DNA of 64,000 bases from Antedon mediterranea (lineage: Eukaryota > Animalia > Echinodermata). A model generated the notes under the pieces. That model ran no database searches, had not been told where the DNA came from, and saw nothing but the letters and a program-made list of their open reading frames with translations. Where the stretch lies: NCBI RefSeq assembly GCF_964355755.1, contig NC_092670.1, positions 3,710,201-3,774,200 on the forward strand, in the 5' to 3' direction. Position 1 is the first letter of the stretch, and each line of letters starts with the position of its first letter. Of this stretch, positions 1 through 12,377 are shown piece by piece. Position numbers and translations under genes: made by a program.

Positions 1-90
1 CATTGGTCAATTCGCTTGCGTTGCCAAGCTTTAGGTGCAAATTCATTATTAATTGAATGAGGCACCTGTTCAAACAGTTTAAATACTCAC

Positions 91-2012
91 CACTTCAAAG
101 AAATAACAAGATCGACTCCAGTTTTTGACAGCTGTGTAGATCATACCACCATAGTAATAATAACATAGAAAATAACTAACATCACTCTGACCACCCTGCA
201 AAATAAAGTTGATGAAAATAATTTTAAAAAGTAAAATTGAAAATCAAATAGAAGTAGCAAAAGTACAAAGACATTTTGGGAAACTGTGTGAGATTGAAAA
301 AAGAATGAACTTGTACTCTTCTGCTTGGAATAGCATACAGAGGCACTATACCATTAGACCATAATGATTTGTTTTAATACAATTAATTGATTATTACCCT
401 GATTTCTTTGCTGACATCTGTAATATCCACATCCAACAGAGCGAGGGCAGGCTTCATACATTTTGAAGCAAGACATAACTGAAATAAATACATAGGGAAA
501 TAAATATTCATTTAAAGAGTTCATTTAAAATTGTAAATAAAAAAGGCACAGATATATTAAATAATTAGTAATTTTATCAAATAAATTATTTAAAATATAT
601 ACGGCCTATAGTTAAGTAGTCTACTAAGAAGGGTGCCACCACTATTTCCCTATTTCTTGACTGTAAGTTTGATTAAGGGTTCCTACCTGGCATATGTCTG
701 CATGAATGGATGTGAGTTGAGTCTCATGCATCTGTATCTTAGTAACAGCTTTGACTAGAAGGTCAATACCCCTAAGGGGCTGCTTGTGCTCTATTAACAT
801 TGTTGTGAACTGGTGGGCTAAGTTTGCATCTGAAAATAATATGTAAATACTTAATCATAACAGAAACTATAATTGCGAAACCAGGCCAAGGGTTGTAGTG
901 AGTTTGATCAGCGTGATTGCTTGTCGTAAAAGGCCTAGACCTATCTATTAAAAACCATACTATAGCTTTCTGCATGATATATCATATGTAATGACAGGCT
1001 AGAATTGATTGAAACTTTTAATGAGCTGCTTTTGGCTTCCTAAATTGTCCTCTTTTTTTACATTCAATCAGTTGTTAGCCATAGTAATTTTACTTGTTAT
1101 TAATGTTTTCAGATGCATATCCAGGATTTTTTTTAACAGAGAGCTGCAACGTTAACATAAGATGTGTCTGACAAATAGATATAAAAAGTAGTTCATTTCA
1201 TATCATTTTAGCTGTCAAAAGTGGGGACAGTGTGACTTTATCGGTTCTCCCAGGATCCGCCCATGGTTTCTGTGGATTATTTGTGGTATATTTTCAATTA
1301 GCATGTTTTGAATGTTGTAGCCCTCCTTACATGTTTCTACTGCAAAACGAATTTGTTCTCCATTACACATCGACAGAAAGAGTTGCGTTTGCGATACAAG
1401 TGTCTCAAAATCATTTGTTGGGGACACCGGTTGTGAGTACTTTGCATATCTGAAAAACAAATGAAATACAAAAATTAATTAAAAAGTAATGCTGAATGGT
1501 TTGGAATAAAGACTGAAAAAACATAGTATATTGTAGGCCTACTTACAAAATAGCCAATACACCGAGGGAATGCAATTGGGGGTCAAGTGTACCCAGCACT
1601 GTGTCCAAACTGCTCACATTCTTCTTCAGTAAATCAAGATTCTTGTTCAGTTCTTCACATAGTTGGCTGTAATTCCCTGTAAAAATAATTGTTTTACATT
1701 GATTGGTGTGTAAATAACTAGAGCAGGACGAAATGACTCGAAAAATCTGGGTACTCACTCGGAGCATGTTTCTTCTGACGTTGTGCCTAACTAGCCCATC
1801 AAGACAGAGAAAGGCTAGGCCTAACCCAACTGAGGACATAGGCTAGCTCCTGTTTATTTTGTCTATATATTCACAACTAACATAATTGCACCATGACTAA
1901 TAACTGTTCAGTCAATTTATAAGTATATTTTGTAATTTAAAGTAGAAAATAACTCACCGTCAGCACTTAAACTGACAACGGAATTCACGAAACCCTCCAA
2001 CTGGGACGCCAT
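91..2012 (-). CDS. COPS3: COP9 signalosome subunit 3, 5' part (6 exons: 1958-2012, 1547-1676, 1331-1449, 687-829, 398-478, 91-195; continues past the left edge)
   Basis: Spliced translation [30 protein letters not shown]...[14 protein letters not shown]...[24 protein letters not shown]...[23 protein letters not shown]...[13 protein letters not shown] closely follows the CSN3 sequence. All introns are GT-AG with consistent phases. Confidence 0.96.
868..1004 (+). repeat. Diverged direct copy of 2281-2467 (3' end of FBF1 intron 1 plus exon-2 acceptor) inside COPS3 intron 3
   Basis: Shared blocks ccaggcc..aagggttg..tagtgagtttgatc(a/g)gcgtgat..aggcctag..aaaacc(a/g)tactatagcttt..tgcatga..tatgtaat..acaggctagaa, in the same order and orientation. 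Confidence 0.8.
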
Positions 2013-2174
2013 GCTAGCTGCTGAAATTGGAACCAAGACTTCCGTCAAAAGAGGGCGTATTTTGTTTGTTTACATTTATTTTAATTTAAAAATAAAAAGC
2101 TTTAAAACATTGTCCAGAATGTTTGCTATTAATTAGGTTATTAGTAAAATGTATATAGCGTTATAGTAGTTTGT
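2013..2174. promoter_or_regulatory. Compact bidirectional promoter/5'UTR region between COPS3 and FBF1
   Basis: The two predicted ATGs (2012 on -, 2175 on +) are only about 160 bp apart. Contains an ETS-type ACTTCCG (2038-2044) and AGAGGGCG (2050-2057). Confidence 0.65.
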
Positions 2175-5100
2175 ATGGTAAGATCTCATTAAATGTATTT
2201 GAACAGGTTCAAAATGTTATGTTATTGGTCTTATTAACAATTTATTTCACATAATAAAATTCTAGGCCGGGCGTGAACAATATAAAGGCGAATCCAGGCC
2301 GAGGGACAACCCACCAACAAGGGTTGAACTTGTAGTGAGTTTGATCGGCGTGATCGTACTAGAAGGCCTAGCCTACCGCTGATATTTAAAACCGTACTAT
2401 AGCTTTTTGCATGAATGATACAGTATATACATGAAAATGATCGTATGTAATTTTTTACAGGCTAGAAGTGGAAGAAGAAAAAACCAGGGCGGTGAGTTGT
2501 TTGAATGAATTCAAGTTAAAAATAAGCCCATCCATTCATGTTCTAGGTTGGGCTTACTGTATTTTCGAAAAAATGCAGCAGGCTTTTTTATTTAAAATTA
2601 ATTTGATTTCGTTAATTTTTACTTTGTGTTTTATTTAATTTTTGTTATCAATTAATTTGATTAGAGTAAGTTTTCCTTTTAGCTTCTCTGGATGATGATT
2701 TAACTGGTTTACTTGGAGATGATGATGGTTAGTTTTTAAAATTAAATAAATTTGCAACAAAGACAACATGAGTAGAAATAAATTAAAAACTATTATTTAC
2801 AAATAATATATTCTGTAACTCAGAAATGAAGACATACCATCAAGTCTGAAAATGTTGCCTCACAAAAAAGAAAAGAAAAATATAATTATTATAACATTTT
2901 TTATCCTTTTTTAGATGACTTCTTCAGTAGTGGAGGAAAGCAAACGCCAAGTAAATCAAGAACCTTGTTAGTATATTAAAGATTACTCACGACATTACCT
3001 TAAACACTTCGGTGTCAGTCAAGGACTTACGAAAGTTTAAAAAGCTCTAGAAAAAATCTATAAAAGCAGCAACCGATATAAACTACTTAAAAAATTAAAA
3101 TAAATGTTTCAGTAATATGCAGCAAACATCAATAAAATTATTTGTATCTACTTTGGTTTTTTCTTAAGTGTAACTCACAAAATTCAGACCAATTTTTACA
3201 ATAATTTTACGATGTGACAAATGCTTACAAGTTACTTGATAGATTGAAATGCAAAAACTAAAGAATGGGAAAATGGTGTCATAAGAAATAATAATAAATG
3301 GTTTCTCAAAGGACTTGAACCTGGAACTATTAGTTTGTAAGTCAACTGTCTGTACCACCAAGCTGTCCATATCCACTAAAGCTAAACTTTAAATGACTCC
3401 TGTCAAAAAAATCATATATATTTTATCAAATACAATTTTCTTTCTATTTTTCTAGACCTGATGAAGATTTCTATAGCAACCTGGCTGCAGATGTTGATAT
3501 AACAGTAAGTGTCTATATGTAAATAGTAAAGAAAAACTGATTATGTAGACACACTGACATACATCCATTACATTTTAAAATCAAAAGGTGACTTAAGTAG
3601 CATACCATGAGGGTATTAGTAATAGTCAGTTTTTATTCTAATAGGAGTCTGATGTATCGGAAGCAGATGTTGCGCAGGTGGCTAAGAGCCTGGCGGTAAG
3701 TGGCCTAAATGGAAAAATATAGATAGGTTATCCCTATTCTAGACATACGTAATACAGAATTTAACTGTATAATAAGTTCAATAATTTGCACTTTTATCAT
3801 TAATCTTTTGCTCTTTTTAAAATTTTTATGTTGATTGTTCAGTGCTTAGAGGCACCCTTCAATTTACACTATATTAAATTGATCTTTATTATTATTAATG
3901 TCCTAGAAGAGATCAACGTATGTTACAGCTATAGTAGACTTTGTTTTATTTTATCCATAAAAGTATATAAGATAAGATAAGATAACTTTTATTGATCCTC
4001 AAAAAGGAAATTCATTGCTCGTCATACTACTATAATACATGTTACAGGATATGGACGGAATGGATGATAGCCTTTTTGGCAACAGTTTAAAGAAAGCTAA
4101 ATCACCAAGGGACCGAAACAAATCCAAGGGTCTAGGAGAGACATACACCAAGGAGCAGAAGCCAGTGACTCCCCAGACACCAGATTTGAATGATACATTC
4201 ACCATCGATAGAAGTAGCCTAGATGTTGGTAGACCTACTACTAGTCGAGGGAGACGAGGAAGAGAGCCACTAACGAATGATGTTGAAACAACCTCTAGAG
4301 ATACTGGTGCAGATGTTCTGAAACTTGATGATGACTCACCACGAAAGACTGAATCCAGACCTGCAAGAAAAAAATATGAACCCAAGAAATATGACTTTGG
4401 AGGTTTGTATAGTTAGCAATTTACCTGAATATACAAATATATTCAATACTGTTAACAATTTCTGACTATATTTCAATATCTTCGTCTTTTTTAACGTATT
4501 CATAAAAAAAAATGAATATGTTAAGAAATAAATGTGTTAAGAAATGAATACGCTGAGAAATGAATACGCTGAGAAATGTATATGTTGAAAAATGAATATG
4601 TTAAGATATGAAAATGTTAAGAAATGAATACGCTAGGAACTAAATATGCTAAGAAATGAATAAGAAAATAAATGAATGAATGTGTTAAGAAATGAATATG
4701 TTAAGATACGAGTGTGTTAAGATGAAAAGTTTTGTTTACAGACTTTGATGAAGACGATCCTCTAGCAGGTCTTCTCTCGGATGAAGATGATAAACCAATA
4801 AAAAAGACACAACCCAAAACGCAGCCAGTGATACAAGCAGAACCAACAGAGGTTAAACAACAAGGAAAGAAAATACCAAGTGTCGAAGAACCGAAGGCAG
4901 CAACTGAAATCATATCAGATAGCCCAAGTCCTAGGCCAAGCTCTAGCCAGCGAGTTAGAGCCAAACCTCAGGTAGACATTGATTTTGATGATGATGGTGA
5001 TGTTTTGGACACCCTTGGATTTGACAGTACACCCAGAGGTAAGCATGTAAGACTTGGATAGATTTTAAACAAAGGTGAAGTATTAAATGTTAAATATACA

Positions 5101-8100
5101 TTAATTTGTTAATACATTAATTTCTTCAGAAAAAGTTTCAAGAACTGATGACTCTGACAACAAAGAGAAGGCTGCTGCACGGTCGAAGGTCAATGATTTA
5201 TTTGGAGCTAGTTCTGCTAAGAAGCTGCTTGAGAAACCACCAGCATCCTCACTGAAGAAAGAGTTTATTTTAGACAAGAAATACACAAAGAAAGAACCAG
5301 GTATGACTTGTGTGTTTATTTTTTATTTGTTTTGGATTGGCAAGAGATAAAATTACGGTTGTAATGATGATTATTTTCTTATTTTAGAGTCAAAAGTTGT
5401 GAAAGAGGAGGACTTTTTATTTGGTTCTTACATGCCTTCAGCAGTTGGTGAAGTTGTCACTAGTCGGCCAGAATCTGCTCCACCTGGTCGCCGCTCAGTG
5501 AGGTAGGTACACTCAAATCCACTGTGAACTCTGCTATCATCCGATAGTAAATATCTTTTTAAAGTTAAATTGTCGTCTTGTATTTGCTAGATTTTCAGAT
5601 GATGAGCTTCCTAGCAAGTCAGCGTCATTGGGTCGTTCTAGAGGGCGTGCTCACCTTAAAGCAACACTAGATGCTGATTTGCCAAGAAGCAAATCAGCTG
5701 AGCCAACAAGTAGAGTCAGCTTTCCAGAAACTAAGAAACAAACGCCAACATCAAACAATGATGATGATTGGTTGGATTTTGCAATATCAAAAAAGCGTAA
5801 CCAATCAAGATTAGAAGCTGAGGAGGAGCAAAAGATCGAAGAGAGACAATCATTGGCTAAAGTTCAACCAAGAAATGAGGTTAAGACACCAACATCACAA
5901 GCAGACTACCTAGGCCTTGGTGCAGATATTAATCCTGATGATCTTCTAGGGTAAGGAGGGAAATATTCACACACAACATACTTGAATTGTCAACTGTTTA
6001 ATATCATCAAAGTTTAAATTCATTTCTATTTCATTCTTAGTCCACAGAAATCTCGAACCAAAAGTGGAACACCAGACACTTCGCTATTTACACCACCTGC
6101 TACCAGGGATACTACGTAAGCAATACGGACTTTCTTTAGTTCCCTACCCTATTATTCATTAAATGTTCCTTACATTTTCTGTGTGTCAGTCAGTTTGGCA
6201 ATTTGAGAATTCATTGACACCATAAGAAAAAGATTTTAGATTTTAATGATACCAATCAAGATATAATATGTAGTTTACATAGTTATTTCCACACTTATGT
6301 ATTACATAAAAAACAACAGCATCTTGTTTTAATTTGATATCAGGTCACCATTCCCATGGGATTCTCCTTCACCCAGGAGGTCAGATCAGAGGTCAGTTGA
6401 ATCAAGAAATTCCAGTTACCAACAGCAGCCAAACCAAACAAGTTGTAAGTAAAGCATAAAATCAATACATATGAGCATTAGTACATAACACAATTGAGTT
6501 TCAAAATTAAATATATTTCTATCAGTTGATTTTGATGATGATGACGCAGATGATGATGAGCCACCGTTGCAGACGAGCCTTCTCAGCCAACAGATAGAGC
6601 AGATCAAGAGAATGGAGGAAGAGGAAGAACGAGAAAGAGAACAAAAGAAGATGGATAGTAAAACAGAGGAAAGAAATCAGCAAACAACAACACCTACTAA
6701 ACGAAAACCTTCTTGGAGGCAAGAATTAAAACAAAAGCAAGAATTAGCAAAGCTACAGTCTGATCCACAGCAGTTCCAAAAACCATCTACAACCCCTCTG
6801 CCAAATAGAGATGATGCAGTGCCAGCACAGGGTAAACAACCTTCTATTTTGCCATCTACACCATCTCCAATGAATGAGATGCACTTGAAACAGATGGAGT
6901 ATCAACAGAAGATGGAACAGATGTCTCAAACTTTAAAAAGACAGCAGGTAAACCAGATTTACCCATTCATATTTTAACCAAAATATACTACTCAAATTAA
7001 TTTTAGGAAGTTGAATGATATTGGAAACAGGACTGTATTCGTAATGTTTTCCAATGATTATAACATCCTTTAATACTAGGAGGAACAACAAAGGCAGTGG
7101 GTTGAGCAACAAGAACAGCAGATGAGAATGGTACAAGAACAGCAACAAGAAGCTATGGAAAGACAACTTAAACAGCAGGAGGAACAACTAAAGGCTCAAC
7201 AGAAGATGATGTCATCAAGGGTAGATAAGCAATTTCACTGAGTTGATTATAATGTGTTTTTTAAAAACAATTTGTTACCCCAATTATTATGTGTACCATT
7301 CTCCACTCTGTACCTTACTTTCATATCCTCCATGAAATCATCTTTTCATTAATGCTTAGCCTTTCAACTTTAAATATAGTATTTTGTATTTATTTTATTG
7401 TTGCTTTCATTTTAGATGACATCGCCAATGGGATCAATTCCTCTGATTGGAGGATTGTCTTCAATTCCACCAGCATTCCAAGCTGCACCATCATCACAAC
7501 TTGAAATATCACTTGGCCTAGCAACCCTTGAAGGAAAAGTAAGAAACTCAACACATTCACTGCCATCAACAAGTACATTGTTGAGGGCTAGGACTCTAAA
7601 TCTAGAGAAATAATCCTATCATGAATCAGTAAATTCTAGTGTGTACCAAGTATGTCCTTTTTTGTATCAATTTAACAGTCGGCTAAAGAGGAAATTTTCA
7701 ATATGCTGTGCACTAAATTATGCATGTTACACACAATTATATTTCATTTTTTTTTTCACTATAACTCTTTTTTTCAGGTTGAAACTCTTGATATGGAGAA
7801 GAAGCACTTGCAGAATTTACTGGAGAACACTCGCCAGAGAAGGCAGGAAGAATTGCAAGCTGTAGAGGACTCACACAAGTATGCTTTAGAATATGATTCA
7901 GTATAAACTACATTAAAATAATATTAGAACGTGATTAAAATACACAATAAAATACTATTATCCACAAGAGATAAAGGTCATGTGTAAAGGTCATGTGTAA
8001 AAAAAAAATTCATAACATACAAATTATGTTTTCATGCTTTTAGAAGTCATATATCTTTGTTGGAAGACATGTCACGGAGGAAGGAAGAGCAACTGAAGAA

Positions 8101-11100
8101 AGAGATGGAACACCAAGCTCTGCAGCAGATGTCAAGACTCAAGTCAGAGGATGAGGAGAAGACAGAGATCAGACAGACCTACCACAAGAAAATGATGCAA
8201 CTGGAGAAAGAAAGAGAACAAGAGATTGACAACCTGAAGACACTTCACAGGTCTGCTATGTAAAAAAACATTTTAGTCATAGTCGAGAATTTTCAAAATT
8301 GAGAACAATTGTGCTGAACTTTAAAAGTCTTTTTTTTTTATGGCCTAGGTTTGATTGCCACCACTACTCATTGTCTTTTGGCTAACATGAAACCACATTT
8401 GTACATATTCCCCAAAATTCTCAAGATTATCCTTCCGTGGTGCATTATACAGTGAGGTCATTTCGACCTGAGTAAGATAAACAATTTGTTCTTTGTTGCA
8501 GGAGGTTGTTTGAAGAACTGAAGATTGACCACAAGAAAGAAATAGAAAGACTAAAGCAAGTGCATGAACAAGAGAAAGATGCCATCAACATGGCTCAATC
8601 ACATTCAAAGTAGGTACCACAATATGTTACGACATCAGGAAGCCGTCTTTGGAATAATTCTGTCAGATTGTATCAGAAAGAAATAAATTAGCCAAATACA
8701 TTTTCTTAAAATACAATTTCAATTTTTTGTTTAGGTCAATCCAGGCAGTTCTTGACCGTGTCCATGCCAACACATCTGACCTAAGTAGTCTGCAGGTCAA
8801 GCTGGAGGGCAAACATCAAACCCACTTAGACGAAAAAGAAATTGAGATAAGACACAAGGACCAACAATTAAAAAGTAACATTTTTAGATAGTTTGAAAAC
8901 CTAATCTAAAAGACAGTACTACTGATTATATTATTTAAAACCTCTATATTGTGGCCAAACAAATTTAACATTTTATTTATCCATTTTTTTTTTCAATACA
9001 CCAAGAAAATTTACAATTGCAATTTATTTTTCAATCTTTTAGTTCTAGAGGATCGACTGAACAGACAGAAGGATGACATGGAGAATGAAAGAATGCGTCT
9101 GCAGGAGCTGATTGGTCGATTAGAGGCTCACATCAGACAGCAGGCTAAGGAATTAGAACAGGTAACATTGGACTATTCCTTTTCTAGGCTCAGATATTAT
9201 TGTTTACAATACTATACTCACTTTTCGAACATGAAATGAATAGGCTTATCGCTCATAGGAGCCATTGTCTTGTCTGTGTGATCACTTCCTTTCCATTTTC
9301 TATAGAAGCTCAATGATAATCAATATTTCATTTCTGAAGGCAATTAAGTCTGCATGCAATAAATGGCTTGTAGTTCCTGTTAATGCCTCCTGCTCTCCAT
9401 TGTCAATTTATCTTTGACCAGATGTTTTTGCTCCAATTTAAAGATAAAAAAGTAAAAATGAGTAAGTAACACTGTATGTTGTTTCTGTTTTATTATTTTA
9501 GGAGAAATGGAAGGTAAAACAAGAACAAACAAAGCTGGATAGTCTTAGAATATCGATGGAAGAAGAGAACAAGTTAACTGCCGAAAGAACAGCAATGGAT
9601 CGAGTAGCAATTCAGAAGTCAAAGGTGGATATCAAACATTTGAATGTAAATCTAACCCAACTAGTTTTTCTTGCCTGTATGATCACTTCCTTTTCTTTTT
9701 GTCACGTTTTTAGGATGCTTTACTAGCCGAGCAGAAAGCCATTATGCAGCAGCTATTTGAAGAGAGGAAGGGCCTAGCAGCTGAACGGGCCCAGATGGCT
9801 GCTGCACAGAGGGTTATTTTAGATAGAGAGACTAGAGATCACTCCAGAACACTGCAGGTAAGCGCTATACACAATGTAGATATAGCTATTAACAATCATA
9901 AGTAAGCTGGAGTGTCAAAATTTAAAGTTCTGCTTTAGCTCCATGGATGGTAAAAGAGAAACAAAATCATTTAGGTAAAATAAGTTTATTCTCATATTTA
10001 ATTCTTTTATAAATAACAGGAAGATGCGGAGAGAGAGGGCACCATTCAAGGGATCGCAGAAGAGAAGGCAGCGATGTCAATGAAGGTCAATATTCTGAAG
10101 CAAGACCATGAAAGACTGATGCAAGAGAAGCAGCAACTAAGCATGCTAAGAGAACAAGTGGAAGATGAGAAAGCAACTTTAAAGGAACTAGCTGAAACGC
10201 TTATGAGAAGATCTGAAGATATTCAACAAACAGTATTGGTAGGAGATCACTATACATATGTCATTTTGGCTTCATAAATATCTGCAGTATTTTGATATTA
10301 CACAGTTTTTGGCGCAATAATTCAACGAAATCAAATCTTTGATACTCTTTTGTTAACTCTTTTATTTACTTTTTATTTGATGGTAATTTTTAGAAATAAG
10401 CTTCTCGATAAACTAGGGTTTTTTAGTAATACTTCTACATGTGCTCCAGTTCACATTCTTTGCAAAGTGGGCGGTTGTCGCGTGTTGTATGTTGTTATAT
10501 ACTGTACAGTTGTTTCATTAAAAATAACTTTTTGTAGGATGCTGCCAGGGTTAGAGATGAAGGAGAGTCTGCATTACATGCTGCAAGGACCATCGAGGCT
10601 GAGCAGGACGACAGATTAATGGCCATACAAGACCAGATTAAAGTATTACGAGCTTCAGAAAGACAGATTGCTCAGGTATACATGTTCTACTTATTCACGC
10701 TTTGTTTACTTCCTTTAAAGCAAAAAACTTGTGTAGGGCCCTCAACCTAAAACATGAAAACAATAAATCCAGCTAAAATTACTAAATAGTAATATTACTT
10801 ATCATTTTAAGATATAGCTTATAAAAATGTAATTATTTAATTGCTATTTTGATAGGAAAGACTTCAGCTGGTTTCCGAGCGCAAGTCGTTGGAGGATACA
10901 AAACATTCCATTACGTGTATACGTTGTGGAGGTCCTGCAAGGGTACCAGTAACACAAGGTATTCATTCATTCATTCATTTTAACAGAATCAGACAATATC
11001 TAAACCTGCCAGCGATGTTATGTGCAAGTGTGACAATATTTATGCAATCTTTTTCCCCAGGCTTCAGCACTCTAAATCACAGTCTAGGCCGTAACACCCC

Positions 11101-11485
11101 TCATCAGCTACAGGCAGCAACCCCTGTGAACCTGGCTGCATCATTGGGCTCAACAGCCGGCCTAGAAGAAAAGGCCTTGGAAGTGATCTTAGCACAGGCA
11201 GAGAAAGACCATTCATTAAGAATGTGGAAGAAAGCTGCTGAAAAGGTTGGCAATATTAGGCTCAAAAAATTGAAAACTTACCTGAAGTTTGGTGGTGATG
11301 ATATGTTTGTCATTAGATCCTTACTCAAATTGAACTGTAAAAAATCATTTAATTAAATAGTTTGTTATTTTATTTGCTCTAAATTGTTTCATTATTTTTT
11401 TTTTCAGGACAAAGAATATCTTGAAGAAGAAAGTTTATTTCTGGAGAGTTTAAAGAGACCACCGTCATCTCTACATGTATCATGA
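2175..11485 (+). CDS. FBF1: Fas-binding factor 1 homolog (centriole distal appendage/ciliary transition-fibre protein), about 28 exons
   Basis: Exons splice into M|ARSGRRKNQG...ESDVSEADVAQVAKSLADMDGMDDSLFG...EDDPLAGLLSDED...FDDDGDVLDTLGF...KEFILDKKY...EEDFLFGSYMPS...DDDWLDFAISKK, a long coiled coil, and C-terminal KKAAEKDKEYLEEESLFLESLKRPPSSLHVS*. This matches the motif order of vertebrate FBF1. The start (an ATG-only first coding exon at 2175-2177) is less certain than the rest. AATAAA near 11772. Confidence 0.88.
4510..4725. repeat. Degenerate ~16-bp minisatellite (AAGAAATGAATATGTT-like) in an FBF1 intron
   Basis: About a dozen imperfect tandem units are visible. Confidence 0.85.
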
Positions 11486-12377
11486 CAGCACATACCTACA
11501 TGAAGTTTCTCTACATGTGTTTTGCGCTTTTACAGGTGGCGCCCTCTCTTGTTTTTTTAACTACCTTCTGCCTATACAGTACCCTAGGGGATGCCTTTTG
11601 GTTCCTCCTTTAAATAATTTTTCCTTTGACATCTCATCAAAACCTGGATGGTCTAGACCAGTAATGGTTTAATCATATGCGTATGCAGATTAAATGTAAC
11701 TTGCCATTTAAAACCATTTTTATTTTAGTTTTATAATTCAATTGTTTTGTAAAGTGAATTTTATGTATTGCAATAAATGTATTAAATCAATATGTTTATA
11801 TGTTTGATTTGCATCTGTAATTGTTTTTGCTGCCAGGACTAAATCTATTTACACACCCTATTAAAGAGATACAAACCCTAGACATGTTTTGACAAGTTCA
11901 AATTATCCATAAGCTATCAATCTGTCAAGGTTAATTCTGTAGCTAATGAGAAACACCTCCCACCTTTGCCCCCCCTTCACCTATCAATCAATCCTAATGA
12001 ACCTAATCACGCCATTGTATTATCAACTTGCATCTCATGATGAAGTGCTACCAGTCCAGAACTTCTGACTTTTAGGGTCATAGAGTCAGAGCATCATCAT
12101 TTCTATATAAAAGAATACAAGTAAAAAGAAAAGTGAGAGGCATATGAAACAAAACAGCAATAAGGAAAACATTAATGTGAAAAACATTCACATGAATATT
12201 CATAATTGCTTCCTGTTTGGATAATAAAAATATAATATTTTTAAGTGTTCATTTTGGGCGTTATCAGTTCAGTGTGTTAACCTTTTGACCTTTGAACAAT
12301 CTGCGACACTATTGTAACCAAATTTCTTTTGTTACCAATCGATATCGTTTTAAACCAAAAACTTAAGAACTTTCATA

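Noticed and set aside
1715-1850. Possible H/ACA snoRNA in COPS3 intron 1
   Set aside because: One plausible hairpin and an ANANNA on the minus strand, but no convincing second hairpin or properly placed ACA.
3300-3377. tRNA gene (similar fragments at ~295-362 and ~27483-27557)
   Set aside because: Only degenerate A/B boxes with broken stems; more likely decayed SINE heads.
12036-12070. C/D snoRNA (ATGATGA...CTGA)
   Set aside because: The boxes are only ~30 nt apart and the site is intergenic; too short.
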